Shown here in pieces: positions 1 through 9,166 of a stretch of 64,000 bases of DNA (its first letter is position 1; each line of letters starts with the position of its first letter). The position numbers were made by a program, and so were the translations under genes. Source of the DNA: Acidimicrobiales bacterium (GTDB lineage Bacteria > Actinomycetota > Acidimicrobiia > Acidimicrobiales > AC-14). The stretch lies in the NCBI GenBank assembly GCA_036260255.1, contig DATAAF010000005.1:22947-86946 (forward strand). Reading direction: 5' to 3'. The notes beneath the pieces were generated by a model. It did not search any database. It was not told the origin of the DNA and saw only the letters and a list, made by a program, of their open reading frames with translations.

Positions 1-1457
1 GACTCGAGGACGTCGGGACGCGAGGCCAGCTCCTCGGCCGGGCCCTCGGCCACGACCCGCCCCCGCCGCAGGACGTACGCCCGGTCGGCCACGGACAGGG
101 CCAGGGGGGCGAACTGCTCGACCAGCAGCACCCCGGCACCGCGGTCGGCCACCGCCCGCACCACCGACAGCAGCCCGGGCACCAAGGGGCGGGCCAGCCC
201 CAGGCTGAGCTCGTCGACGAGGAGCAGCCGGGGGCGGGAGGCCAGGGCCCGGGCCACCGACACCACCTGCTGCTCCCCGCCCGACAGCTGGCCGCCCCGG
301 CGCCCGAGCAGGGGCGGGAGCCCGGGCACCTGGGCCACCACGTCCCCGACGGCGGCGTCACGCTCCTTGGCCGCCTCCCCGCGGGCCCCGGCGGCCAGCC
401 GCAGCTGCTCCGCGACCGTGAGGCTCGGCAGCACACCCCGGTCCTGGGCGGCGTGGGCCACGCCCCGGCGGGCCAGCCGGGCGGGACCGGCGCCGGCCGG
501 CTCGCCCAGCGCCCGGGCATCGCCGGCCAGGGCGGGCAGAGCCCCACAGGCGGCCCGGACGGTGGTCGTCTTGCCCGCCCCGTTGGCGCCGAGGAGGGCG
601 ACCACCTCGCCGGCGGCCACCGTCAGGTCGACGCCCTCCACCGCCGGAACGCCGCCGTAGCCAGCCGAGAGCCCGGCGAGCTCGAGCACCGGAGGTCCGC
701 CGGCGGCCGGCGCGGCGGACGGGCGCGCTCGCCGCCCGCCGGCGGTCGGGGGGCCGAGCCACGCCGCCGCCACTGCCGGGTCGTTGCGGACCTCCCCAGG
801 CGGGCCGTGGGCTACGAGACGGCCTCCGTCGAGGACGGCCACCTCGTCGCACACGCCGAGCACGAGGTCGACGTCGTGGTCGACCACCACCACGCCGGCG
901 CCGTCGCCGGCCAGAGCACGCAGCGTCTCCGCCAGCGCCGCCCGCCCGGCGGCGTCCAGCCCGGCGGCGGGCTCGTCGAGGAGCAGCACGGCGGGACGGG
1001 CGGCAAGGGCCCGGGCCAGGGCCACCTGCTTGCGCCGGTCGTGGGGGAGGTCGCCGGGGAGGGCGTCGAGCACGTCCGCGACGCCAGCCAGGCCGGCGGC
1101 GCGGGCCACCGCCGTGCCGCCTCCGGGGCGGTCGGCGCCGCCCGCTCCCGCCGCCACCGCCAGGTTCTCGGCCACGGTCAGGTCCTCGAAGAGCTCGAGC
1201 GACTGGAAGGTGCGGGACATCCCGAGGGCGGCCCGCCGGTGGGCCGGCAGGTGCCCGACCGGCCGCCCGCCCAGCCCGACGGTGCCCGTCGCCGGGACGA
1301 GCCCGGTGACCGCGTCGACGACGGTCGTCTTGCCCGCGCCGTTCGGGCCCACCACCCCGACCAACGAGCCGGCGGCCACGTCCAGCGACACGCCGTCCAC
1401 CGCCCGGTGACGGCCGAAGCGCACGGTCAGGTCCTGGACGGCGAGGGCCGGCGTCAC
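1..1457 (-). CDS. Branched-chain amino acid type ABC transporter ATP-binding protein, LivG-LivF fusion (two ATPase domains in one frame; 3' end runs off the window)
   Basis: Absent from the ORF track because there is no stop inside the window. Manual minus-strand translation from GTG at 1457 gives [40 protein letters not shown]. It continues without a stop into a second domain: [58 protein letters not shown] overlap with the permease stop. Confidence 0.85.
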   Translation of the reverse strand, partial: MTPALAVQDLTVRFGRHRAVDGVSLDVAAGSLVGVVGPNGAGKTTVVDAVTGLVPATGTVGLGGRPVGHLPAHRRAALGMSRTFQSLELFEDLTVAENLAVAAGAGGADRPGGGTAVARAAGLAGVADVLDALPGDLPHDRRKQVALARALAARPAVLLLDEPAAGLDAAGRAALAETLRALAGDGAGVVVVDHDVDLVLGVCDEVAVLDGGRLVAHGPPGEVRNDPAVAAAWLGPPTAGGRRARPSAAPAAGGPPVLELAGLSAGYGGVPAVEGVDLTVAAGEVVALLGANGAGKTTTVRAACGALPALAGDARALGEPAGAGPARLARRGVAHAAQDRGVLPSLTVAEQLRLAAGARGEAAKERDAAVGDVVAQVPGLPPLLGRRGGQLSGGEQQVVSVARALASRPRLLLVDELSLGLARPLVPGLLSVVRAVADRGAGVLLVEQFAPLALSVADRAYVLRRGRVVAEGPAEELASRPDVLE

Positions 1458-3394
1458 GGGGCGCCCGCGGTGGGCGCCGGGCGGCGCCGGCGGGCGGTGA
1501 GGCGCTGGGCGGCGCCGGCCAGGCCGTCGGGCCACGCCACCGCCGCGGCCACGAGCCCCAGGCCGGTGACCAGCGACTGGTAGCGGCCCCACCCGGCTAT
1601 GTGGTCGAGGAGCGTGAAGACGATCCCGCCGGCGGCCAGCGCCCCGCCGACGAACGCGCCCGACACGGTGGTGATGCCCCCGACGAACGCGAGGGCGAGG
1701 AACGAGAGCGACACCAGGGATCCGAACGACCCGTACGACAGCTGCCGCTGGGAGTAGCCGAGGAGGGCCCCGGCGGCGCCCGCCATGAACGCCGATGCCG
1801 CGAACCCGCCCAACTTGACCGCGGTCACGCCCACGCCGGCGACGGCCGCCGCCCGCTCGTTGGCCCGCACGGCCAGGAGGAGCCGGCCCGTCCCTCGTCG
1901 CCGCGCGGCGGCAAGGGCCACACCCATGGCAGCCACCGCGGCCAGCACGAGGACGCCGAAGACAGGGCTCGGGTAGTCCCCGCCGGCGTCGATGCCCAGG
2001 CCGATGCCGAGGAACGTCGGGGAGGGCACCTCGCTGCCGCCGAAGCCTCCGGTGAGGCCGGGGTTGCGGAAGACGAGCTCCTCCACCGCTACCGCCGCGG
2101 CGAGGGTGGCGACGGCCAGGTCGACCCCCCGCAGCCGCAGCGCCGGCAGGGCGAGGAGGACGCCGGTCGCGGCGGCGACGGTGGCGGCGAGGAGGGGGGC
2201 TATGGGGAACGGCACCCCGGCGCCGTCGCCCAGCTTGGTCAGGGTGAAGCCGGCCATCCCGGCGAAGGCCATGTGGGCCAGGGAGATCTGGCCGAGCCAG
2301 CCGGTGAGGAGCACCAGCGACAGGCACACCCCGGCGGCGATGAGGCTGGTGATCAGGCCGAGGCGGTCGCCCCCGCGAAGGGTGAAGAGGCCGATCGCCG
2401 CCGCGGCCAGGCCGAGGGCGGCGGGAAGGGTGATGTGGCGGGCGGGCCGGGCGCGGGGCAGGCGCCGCCCCGCCGGCTCCGAACGGTCGGGCACCCTGCG
2501 CCCGGCCAAGGCCATGGCGACCACGATCACGAGCAACGGGAGCCCCTGCTGCAGCCCCACGCGGGGCACCCAGTCGAAGCGGGCCTGGAGGTGGACGAGC
2601 TCGGACTGGGCCATGCCCAGGGCGAGGGCGGCGGCGGCGGTCACGGCGAACGACGAGAGCCGGCCGACCAGGGCGGCGGCCAGCGCGGGGACGACCAGCA
2701 GCGTGTAGGTCGTCGGGTTCAGGGCGGTGATCGGCGCCACCAGGATCCCGCCCAGGCCGGCGAGCAGCCCGGCCAGCGCCCAGTTGGCCGCCGCCACCCG
2801 CTCGACCGGGGTCCCCAGCGAGGCGGCGGTGGCAGCGTCGTCGGCCACCGCCCGGCTGGCCAGCCCGAAGCGGCTGAACCGGTAGAGGGCCCACAGGGCG
2901 GCGGCCGCGGCGACCGCGACGGCGGCCAGCAAGAGCCGGTCCCGGGGCACGACGGCGCCGGCCACGGTGACGGGCTCGGCCGGGAGCACGGGCGCCACCG
3001 GGCGGTTGGCGGTGCCGAACCGCAGGACGATCACCGCCTGCAGGACGACGAGGACGCCGACCGAGGCGACGACCCGCGCCAGCGCGGGCGCCCGTCGTAG
3101 CGGACGGAAGACGACGACGTGTGCGACGACCCCGAGCAGGCTGGCCACCACCAGGGCGGCGCCGAGGCACGCCCAGAACGGCAGCCGGTCGCCCACATGG
3201 AAGCGCCCGGGCAGGCCGACGACGGGCAGCACCAGGTCACCGGCCGACCGCAGCTCGACGAAGACGTATGTGGCGTAGGCGGCCATGGCGCCGTGGGCGA
3301 AGTTCACGACGCCCGAGGCGCGATGGCCGAGCACCAGCCCCAGGCCGAGGGCGGCGTAGACCGCTCCCGTGCCCAGTCCCAGCACGAGGAACAC
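1454..3394 (-). CDS. Branched-chain amino acid ABC transporter permease, LivH-LivM fusion (646 aa)
   Basis: N-terminus [35 protein letters not shown] is LivH-like. The second half, [30 protein letters not shown], is LivM-like. Many TM segments; GTG start. Confidence 0.9.
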   Translation of the reverse strand: MFLVLGLGTGAVYAALGLGLVLGHRASGVVNFAHGAMAAYATYVFVELRSAGDLVLPVVGLPGRFHVGDRLPFWACLGAALVVASLLGVVAHVVVFRPLRRAPALARVVASVGVLVVLQAVIVLRFGTANRPVAPVLPAEPVTVAGAVVPRDRLLLAAVAVAAAAALWALYRFSRFGLASRAVADDAATAASLGTPVERVAAANWALAGLLAGLGGILVAPITALNPTTYTLLVVPALAAALVGRLSSFAVTAAAALALGMAQSELVHLQARFDWVPRVGLQQGLPLLVIVVAMALAGRRVPDRSEPAGRRLPRARPARHITLPAALGLAAAAIGLFTLRGGDRLGLITSLIAAGVCLSLVLLTGWLGQISLAHMAFAGMAGFTLTKLGDGAGVPFPIAPLLAATVAAATGVLLALPALRLRGVDLAVATLAAAVAVEELVFRNPGLTGGFGGSEVPSPTFLGIGLGIDAGGDYPSPVFGVLVLAAVAAMGVALAAARRRGTGRLLLAVRANERAAAVAGVGVTAVKLGGFAASAFMAGAAGALLGYSQRQLSYGSFGSLVSLSFLALAFVGGITTVSGAFVGGALAAGGIVFTLLDHIAGWGRYQSLVTGLGLVAAAVAWPDGLAGAAQRLTARRRRPAPTAGAP

Positions 3395-3464
3395 GAGGTA
3401 GGGTCTGATCGTCCTCTCCCTTCGGCCCGTCGGAGGCTACCGACGGCCTCTCTCGCTTGAGCAC

Positions 3465-4700
3465 ATGCCGGGCCCGACCTCGCGCCGCCGATGGTCATCG
3501 ACCTGGCTCGCCGTGGCGCTGGCCGTCGCGGTGGCGGCAGCCGCCTGCTCGGACGACGACGGGGAGGGCGGTGGCCCCCGCGGCGAGCCGGTGGTCGTGG
3601 GCTTCATCAACCAGGAGAAGGGCGCCGTCGGGTCGTTCCCCGAGGTGCGGACCGACGCCGAGGCGGCGGTGCGGTACGTCAACCGCGAGCTCGACGGCGT
3701 CGGCGGGCGCCCCCTCCGGCTGGAGAGCTGCGCCACCGACGGCACGCCCGAGTCGTCCCAGGCGTGCGCCAACCAGCTGCGGCTGAAGCGCCCGGTGGCG
3801 GTGATCGGCGGCGTGGACCTCGGGGCGGCGGCGTCGATCCCGGTCCTCGACGCCGCCGGGATCCCCTACGTCGGAGGGTCGCCCTCGCTCGGCGACGAGC
3901 TGACCCGGACCAACGCCTACATGCTCACCGGCGGGGTGGCCGCCGACCTGCTCGGCCAGGCCCAGTACGCCCTGGACACGCTCAAGCCCAAGCGGGTGGG
4001 CGTGCTGTACATCGACCTCCCGGGCCTCCTGTCGACCGCGGTCGAGGCCGCCCGCCGCGTGCTCACCAAGAAGGGCGTGACCGACGTCACTGCCGTCCCC
4101 GAGAAGGCCGACGCCGCCGACTTCACCCAGTCGCTCACCGCCGTCAACCGGGGCAACCCCGAGGTGATCGTGGCCCTCTTCCCGGCCCAGGCGTGCGCCC
4201 GCATCATGCAGGCCCGCAAGGCGCTCGCCATCAAGGCCCGGTTCTTCTTCCCCGGCGCCTGCGCCGACCAGGCGGTGTTCGACGCCTCCGGCGGCGGCGC
4301 CGAGGGCAGCTACTTCGCCTCCGGCTTCCTCTCGTTCACCGACCGGTCCAACGCCGAGGTGGCGACGTACCTGGACAAGCGGCGGGCCCACGGCGCCGGG
4401 TCCACGCCCCCGTCGGTGCTCTCACAGGCCGGGTTCGCCGTCGTCGTCGACCTCCGCCAGCTCCTCACCGAGGTCCAGGGCCCGCTCTCGGCGGCCTCCG
4501 TCGTGGCCGCCCTGAGGGCGAGCCGCGGCCACCCCGCCTTCATGAGCCATCCCTACACGTGCGACCGCCAGCAGGTCTTCATCCTCGCCGCCGTCTGCAA
4601 CGCCAACGTCCGGGTGCTGCAGTACCGGGCCGGCGCCCTGGCCGACGTGGCCGGCGCATGGGTCAGCGGGGCCGAGCTCGTGCGCCTGGCGGTGGGCTGA
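3465..4700 (+). CDS. ABC transporter substrate-binding lipoprotein (LivK/periplasmic binding protein type I-like)
   Basis: Signal peptide with lipobox (AVAAAACSDD). VVVGFINQEKG..GGVDLGAAAS pattern typical of Leu/Ile/Val-binding family. Divergent from the Liv permease/ATPase genes. Confidence 0.85.
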   Translation: MPGPTSRRRWSSTWLAVALAVAVAAAACSDDDGEGGGPRGEPVVVGFINQEKGAVGSFPEVRTDAEAAVRYVNRELDGVGGRPLRLESCATDGTPESSQACANQLRLKRPVAVIGGVDLGAAASIPVLDAAGIPYVGGSPSLGDELTRTNAYMLTGGVAADLLGQAQYALDTLKPKRVGVLYIDLPGLLSTAVEAARRVLTKKGVTDVTAVPEKADAADFTQSLTAVNRGNPEVIVALFPAQACARIMQARKALAIKARFFFPGACADQAVFDASGGGAEGSYFASGFLSFTDRSNAEVATYLDKRRAHGAGSTPPSVLSQAGFAVVVDLRQLLTEVQGPLSAASVVAALRASRGHPAFMSHPYTCDRQQVFILAAVCNANVRVLQYRAGALADVAGAWVSGAELVRLAVG

Positions 4701-4712
4701 CGCTCGGGCGCC

Positions 4713-5786
4713 TCAAAGGATGTTGCGGCAGCCGCCGCTGGCGGGGTCCTCCACGCCGTTCCAGTCCACGACCCGAGCGCACACCTGGCGGTAGGTGACG
4801 GCCTGCTCGCGGGGGAACCGCCAGGGGTCGGACCTCGTCCAGGTCACCGGCGACTGGCCGTCGTCGAAGGAGAACCGGATGGCGTAGGTGCCCTCCTTGC
4901 GGCCGCGCTCGGGGGTGAACCCCGCCGTCCCGAAGACGACCTCGAAGCTGCCGTCGACCTGCGGCGACACGACGATGATCGTCACCGAGCGGGCGGGCGG
5001 GACGGTGGTCGGTGCCGGGGCGGGGCCCTGGGGCGGCGAAGAGGGGGTGGCCCCGCCGGGGGCGGGGGCGAGCGTGGTCGGCGGGGCCTGCTGCGGAGCG
5101 GGCGGCGCCGCGGTGCCTGGGGCGGCCGCCTGGCCGCCGGCCGGGCGGGGCGGTGGCGCCGGGCCCCGGTTCTCCCGGAGGAACTCGATGGCCTTGACGT
5201 GGGCCGACACCGCGTCGGTGCGCACCTGCTCCTGCTCGTCCGGGGGCAGGCGCTTCGTCACCTCCACGAGGGCGGCGTCGGCCTCCGCCACCGCGATGGG
5301 ATCGCCCAGGGCCAGGGCCGTCCGTAGGCGGGCGACGGCGGCTCGGGCCGTCTCCACGGACGCCCGGTCCTGCGACCGGTCGGCGACGAGGGTGGGCACG
5401 GCGAGGACGGCGATCACGACGGCGGCGGCGGCCACCGAGGCGCCGGCGGCGAGCCAGCCCACCCGGCGGGCCCGTCCCCGGGCCAGCTCGGGGACGGACG
5501 GCGGCGGCGGCGCCGGGGCGGGCGGGCGGCGCGGCGGGGTGGGGCGGCCGGGGGGGACCTCGGGGGCCGGAGGGTGGCGATCGACGACGGGAGGGAGCTG
5601 GCGGACCTTCCCGTGGCGCTCCTGTCCCGCTTCGTCGGCGGCAGAGGCCTCCGGCTCCGTCCCCTCCTGGGGACGCCCCTGGGCGATCATGGCTCGCAAG
5701 GCGGCGACCCGCTCGGGCGGCGGCTCGACCGGCGGCGGGGCCAGCGCCCGGCCGAGGAGCTCGAGGAGGCGGTCGTCGTCAGCCAC
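4713..5786 (-). CDS. Pro-rich single-pass membrane protein downstream of ECF sigma (putative anti-sigma factor)
   Basis: GTG at 5786 overlaps the sigma stop (GTGGCTGA). One TM (VGWLAAGASVAAAAVVIAVLAV). No zf-HC2 motif seen, so the anti-sigma role rests on position only. The track ORF start at 5831 seems too far upstream. Confidence 0.5.
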   Translation of the reverse strand: MADDDRLLELLGRALAPPPVEPPPERVAALRAMIAQGRPQEGTEPEASAADEAGQERHGKVRQLPPVVDRHPPAPEVPPGRPTPPRRPPAPAPPPPSVPELARGRARRVGWLAAGASVAAAAVVIAVLAVPTLVADRSQDRASVETARAAVARLRTALALGDPIAVAEADAALVEVTKRLPPDEQEQVRTDAVSAHVKAIEFLRENRGPAPPPRPAGGQAAAPGTAAPPAPQQAPPTTLAPAPGGATPSSPPQGPAPAPTTVPPARSVTIIVVSPQVDGSFEVVFGTAGFTPERGRKEGTYAIRFSFDDGQSPVTWTRSDPWRFPREQAVTYRQVCARVVDWNGVEDPASGGCRNIL

Positions 5787-6423
5787 CGGAGGCGACCTTC
5801 CCGAGCGCGATCCGGAGCCGGGCCAGGGCACGGGACTGGGCCATGCGCACCGCCCCGGGACGCTTCCCGATGACCTCGGCGACCTCCTCGGCGGCCAGGT
5901 CCCCGATGATCCGAAGCTCGAGGACCTCCTGGTCGAAGGGGCTGAGCGAGGCGAAGGCGGCCCGCACCGCGGCCGCCTCCTCGTCGAGGATCACCGCGTC
6001 GAGGGAGTCGTCCTCCTCCCGCTGGTCGGGCGCCACCGTGAGGTTCACCCGGCGGTTGCTCCGCTGCGCCTCGAGCACGACGTTGCGCAGGATGCCGTAG
6101 AGCCAGGCGACGAAGCCCCCACCCGTCCACTGGAAGTCGCCGATGCGGCGGTACGCCCGGGCGAACGTCTCGCTGACGGCGTCGTCCGCCTCCGTGCGGC
6201 CCCAGAGGCGCCGACGGGCGTAGGCCAAGAGACCGGGGTACGTGGCCCGGTACAGAGCTTCCCAGGCGGCGGCGTCGTCGTCCTCCTGCGCACGCCGCAC
6301 CAGCTCCATCAGCTCTGCAGGAGGCGGGTGCCAACCACTACCGCTTGCCGACAACAGGACGCGAGTTGTACCACCGCCGGCGGCGGCGGGCGTCGGGAGG
6401 GGGATGACGGCACTGGCGGACAC
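5779..6423 (-). CDS. ECF-type RNA polymerase sigma-70 family factor
   Basis: Region 2 (FARAYRRIGDFQWTGGGFVAWLYGILRNVVLEA) and region 4 HTH (EVLELRIIGDLAAEEVAEVIGKRPGAVRMAQSRALARLR). The true start may be the internal ATG at 6309 (MELVRRAQ). Confidence 0.85.
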   Translation of the reverse strand: MSASAVIPLPTPAAAGGGTTRVLLSASGSGWHPPPAELMELVRRAQEDDDAAAWEALYRATYPGLLAYARRRLWGRTEADDAVSETFARAYRRIGDFQWTGGGFVAWLYGILRNVVLEAQRSNRRVNLTVAPDQREEDDSLDAVILDEEAAAVRAAFASLSPFDQEVLELRIIGDLAAEEVAEVIGKRPGAVRMAQSRALARLRIALGKVASGG

Positions 6424-6471
6424 GGGCGACCTCTCCTGAGAATGGCGCTCCCGGCGGGCGTGTCACAGGTC

Positions 6472-6933
6472 TCAGCCCGGAGGGACCCCCGCCACCACCC
6501 ACTGACCGGGGCCGGCCCGCCGGGCCCGGCCCGTACGCCGCAGATAAGCGAGGGCGGCGCTCACCGAGTCGGGGTCGTCGCCCACCCGGCCCAGTTCCGC
6601 CAGCCGGTCCGTGATGGCACCCCGGCCGAGGGGCCCGGACTCCTCGAGGAGCACCTGGTAGACGGCCTCCGCCCGGCTGAGCTCAGGCCAGAGCACCGGC
6701 TCCCAGGCCGGCCCGCCCGCTTCGTCCGCCGCTCCCCCCGCCCCTCCCACCGGCATGCCCGGCGCCGGTCCGCTTCGGCGCCGAGCCAGCGCCAGCTGGA
6801 GGCCGTAGCGCTCGGCCTGCAGGCTGGCGACCTCCTCCTCCAGCCGCCGGAGCTGCTCCTCGGTGTCGACCAGGAGGGCCTCGACCTCGGCCAACACCTC
6901 CTGTAGTGCGGCCTCGACCTCCATCGAGCCCAT
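6472..6933 (-). CDS. Hypothetical protein with an N-terminal coiled coil and a possible C-terminal winged-helix
   Basis: 153-aa ORF with protein-like composition. Heptad-like LQEVLAEVEALLVDTEEQLRRLEEEVASLQ; C-terminal YQVLLEESGPLGRGAITDRLAELG. No family recognised. Confidence 0.5.
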   Translation of the reverse strand: MGSMEVEAALQEVLAEVEALLVDTEEQLRRLEEEVASLQAERYGLQLALARRRSGPAPGMPVGGAGGAADEAGGPAWEPVLWPELSRAEAVYQVLLEESGPLGRGAITDRLAELGRVGDDPDSVSAALAYLRRTGRARRAGPGQWVVAGVPPG

Positions 6934-6960
6934 CCTACGGCGCCTTGGGGCTCATCTCCT

Positions 6961-7016
6961 CGGTACAGCTCCGGTACAGCCAAGGTCAAGGACTGGTCAA
7001 GCTTCCTTGACTTGCC
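6961..7016. promoter_or_regulatory. Cluster of short repeats in a 410-nt intergenic region: CGGTACAGC x2 (11-nt spacing), then GGTCAAG x2 and inverted CTTGAC
   Basis: Read directly: cggtacagctccggtacagccaaggtcaaggactggtcaagcttccttgacttgcc. GTCAAGcttcCTTGAC is a 6-bp inverted repeat. Lies 30-80 nt upstream of the minus-strand gene that starts at 6933. Confidence 0.3.
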
Positions 7017-7345
7017 GGTGACCGCTCGCCGACAATCCCACATGCCAACCACGCCTCTTCGCCCAAATAGCGGCCTGGCCGCTTCTCCGGCCGCCGACGT
7101 ATCACCTGTACCACGTGACCGATGCAACTCCGGTCGAGGGTGCCCCGAGGTGTCACGGAGCAGCTGTCACCGGTACGGCCTGCCCGGGCCGGGTGACATG
7201 CGCCTGGCCTGGCCCGTTTCCCCAGTTCAGAGGCACTTTTCCCGCAGTTTTCACCAGGTTCTTGGTCTTGTGATCCACAGGCTGGCATCCGAAGAATCTG
7301 CCCTCGTCCCGCCACTCGGCGCGCCGGTTCGCGCCGAGACGTCCT

Positions 7346-9166
7346 TTGCCCAGAAAGGGTGCTGCCAAGCTGATGACCGCAAGGCGTTCGGTGCGCCTGA
7401 CAGCCGGCAAACGAGTCGTTGTCGGCGTCCTTCTGGGCCTTCTCTTTCTGGCTGTACCGGCACTCGTGCTCGCCGCGGTTCCTGGCACCGGTTTCGTCGA
7501 GGTGTGCAAGAACGCCGCCGGGCCGGGGGTGGGCGGCAGCTTCACCTTCGACGTGGGCGGGCACACGGTGACGGTCCCCGTCGGAGCGTGTGCCCACCCG
7601 GTCGAGGTGCCGGCGGGCACCATCACCATCACCGAGCACGCTCAGCCGGGGATGGTCGTCACCGACATCTCCACGTTCCCCGGCGGGCGGATGATCAGCC
7701 GCGATCTCGGCGCCCGATCGGTGACCGTCGCCGTCGCCGCCGGCGACGTCTCCACCCAGACGGTCGTCACCTTCGCCAACGCCTTCGAGATCGGCCAGCT
7801 GAAGGTGTGCAAGGTGGCGGGGCCGGGCGTGGCGACGGGGACCGGCTTCAGCTTCACGGCGGCCGGCCAGGCGTTCACCGTTCCCGCCGGGTCGCCACCG
7901 GGGGGGTTCTGCCGGTTGGCCGGCAGCTTCCCCGCCGGGACCGGCGTGACCGTCAACGAGCATGCGGTGGCAGGCACCGAGGTGTCGGCGATCACCGTGG
8001 CGCCGTCGGGCCGGGTGGCCGGCCAACCCGACCTGGCCGCCCGGGCCGTCACCGTCACCATCGGCCCGGGCGTCACCGAGGTCACCTTCACCAACCGGGC
8101 CGCGCCCACGCCGGCGACGACCACGACGACGTCGGCGCCCGCCACCACGACGACCGTGCCCGCAGGGGCGACCACCACGACGACCCCGGTGCCCAGCACC
8201 ACGCCCCAGGTGACGACCACCACCACCCCGCCGGGTGCCACGACGACGACGTCGGCGCCCACCACCACGACGACCGTGCCCGGCGGCCCGACCACCACGA
8301 CGACCCCGGTGCCCAGCACCACGCCCCAGGTGACGACCACCACCACCCCGCCGGGCGCCACGACGACGACGCTGCCCGGCGGGGCGGCGACCACGACGAC
8401 GCAGGTGCCCAGCACCACGCCTCAGGTGACGACCACCACCACTCCGCCGGGTGCCACGACGACCACCGTCCCCGGCGGCGCCACGACCACCACGTCGACA
8501 CCCGGGACGGTGCCTCAGGTGACGACGACGACCACCCCGCCGGGCGCCACGACGACCACCCTCCCCGGCGGTGGTGCCACGACGACGACCACCCTGGGCG
8601 TCCCTCCGCCCGTCACCCCGACGACCCGGCCGACGGCCCCGGCGACCACCGTGCCCCGCGTCGGTCGGCCCGGCCCGACCGCGCCCGCCCCCGCCGGGGC
8701 GCCCGCGGTCCGTCGCCCGCTGGCCCTCACCGGTGCGCCCAGCGCCCTCCTGCTCCTGCTGGCGACCCTGGCGCTCGTGACTGGCTCCGCGCTCGTCCGC
8801 CTCGGCCGGGTGCCAACGCCCGTCTCCCACGGGCCACTCGGGGAGCCTCCCAAGCCCGTCGACGACTTCGAGCGGGCACTGGCCGACCCCTTCTTCCTTC
8901 CGCCGCCCGGCACTCCTGCGCTGGCCGTGGCCGCGGCCGGCGGTTCTTCGGGACTGCGTCGCCGTCCCGGACTTGACTTGACCCCGCCGCCGCGGTCAAG
9001 TCGCTTGGGTCAAGGCGATGTCGGCTGGGACACCCGAACGTCCACCCCGGCGGCGGCCAGGGCCCTGCTCAGGGCGATCCGGTCGGCCGCTGGTATGCGC
9101 TCCCCCACCCGGAAGGCGGTGGGGACGCCGACGGCCCGGCAGGCCCGGACGAGCGCGGCGTCGTAG
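7346..9166 (+). CDS. Secreted cell-surface protein: signal peptide, two tandem Ig/prealbumin-like (SpaA/Cna-B-like) domains, Thr/Pro-rich repeat stalk, LALTG sortase-type sorting signal
   Basis: TM/signal VVVGVLLGLLFLAVPALVLAAV. Two about 100-aa repeats, each starting xVCK. PQVTTTTTPPGATTTT repeated 4 times. LALTG (8720-8734) plus a hydrophobic stretch plus RLGR (to 8809). The ORF then continues 118 codons to 9166, into the antisense of the next gene. Confidence 0.75.
   Translation: MPRKGAAKLMTARRSVRLTAGKRVVVGVLLGLLFLAVPALVLAAVPGTGFVEVCKNAAGPGVGGSFTFDVGGHTVTVPVGACAHPVEVPAGTITITEHAQPGMVVTDISTFPGGRMISRDLGARSVTVAVAAGDVSTQTVVTFANAFEIGQLKVCKVAGPGVATGTGFSFTAAGQAFTVPAGSPPGGFCRLAGSFPAGTGVTVNEHAVAGTEVSAITVAPSGRVAGQPDLAARAVTVTIGPGVTEVTFTNRAAPTPATTTTTSAPATTTTVPAGATTTTTPVPSTTPQVTTTTTPPGATTTTSAPTTTTTVPGGPTTTTTPVPSTTPQVTTTTTPPGATTTTLPGGAATTTTQVPSTTPQVTTTTTPPGATTTTVPGGATTTTSTPGTVPQVTTTTTPPGATTTTLPGGGATTTTTLGVPPPVTPTTRPTAPATTVPRVGRPGPTAPAPAGAPAVRRPLALTGAPSALLLLLATLALVTGSALVRLGRVPTPVSHGPLGEPPKPVDDFERALADPFFLPPPGTPALAVAAAGGSSGLRRRPGLDLTPPPRSSRLGQGDVGWDTRTSTPAAARALLRAIRSAAGMRSPTRKAVGTPTARQARTSAAS
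8125..8590 (+). repeat. In-frame tandem DNA repeats encoding the Thr/Pro stalk (about 120-bp unit x2, then shorter degenerate units)
   Basis: 8121-8220 and 8241-8340 are near-identical at 120-bp period. Downstream units reuse ccccaggtgacgaccaccaccaccccgccggg. Confidence 0.8.
8975..9002 (-). terminator. Perfect 9-bp stem hairpin (GACTTGACC - 10 nt - GGTCAAGTC), 8 nt downstream of the minus-strand HTH gene stop
   Basis: Read directly. No clear U-tract, which is common in high-G+C actinobacteria. Part of a TCAAG-rich module (8970-9018). Confidence 0.4.

Noticed and set aside
4888-6906. 672-aa plus-strand ORF spanning the sigma/anti-sigma region
   Set aside because: It is antisense to an ECF sigma factor with clear region 2/4 motifs. 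It has low-complexity Ala/Gly/Arg content and no recognisable motifs.
8125-8590. Regularly spaced repeats that might be taken for a CRISPR array
   Set aside because: The units are contiguous with no unique spacers, in frame, and encode the Thr/Pro stalk of a surface protein. No cas genes are nearby.
6986-8830. 614-aa minus-strand ORF (and 7642-8418, 8088-8501), extremely rich in Arg/Gly/Pro
   Set aside because: It is antisense to the well-supported surface-protein gene. The composition is typical of a G+C-driven open frame, with no domain-like segments.
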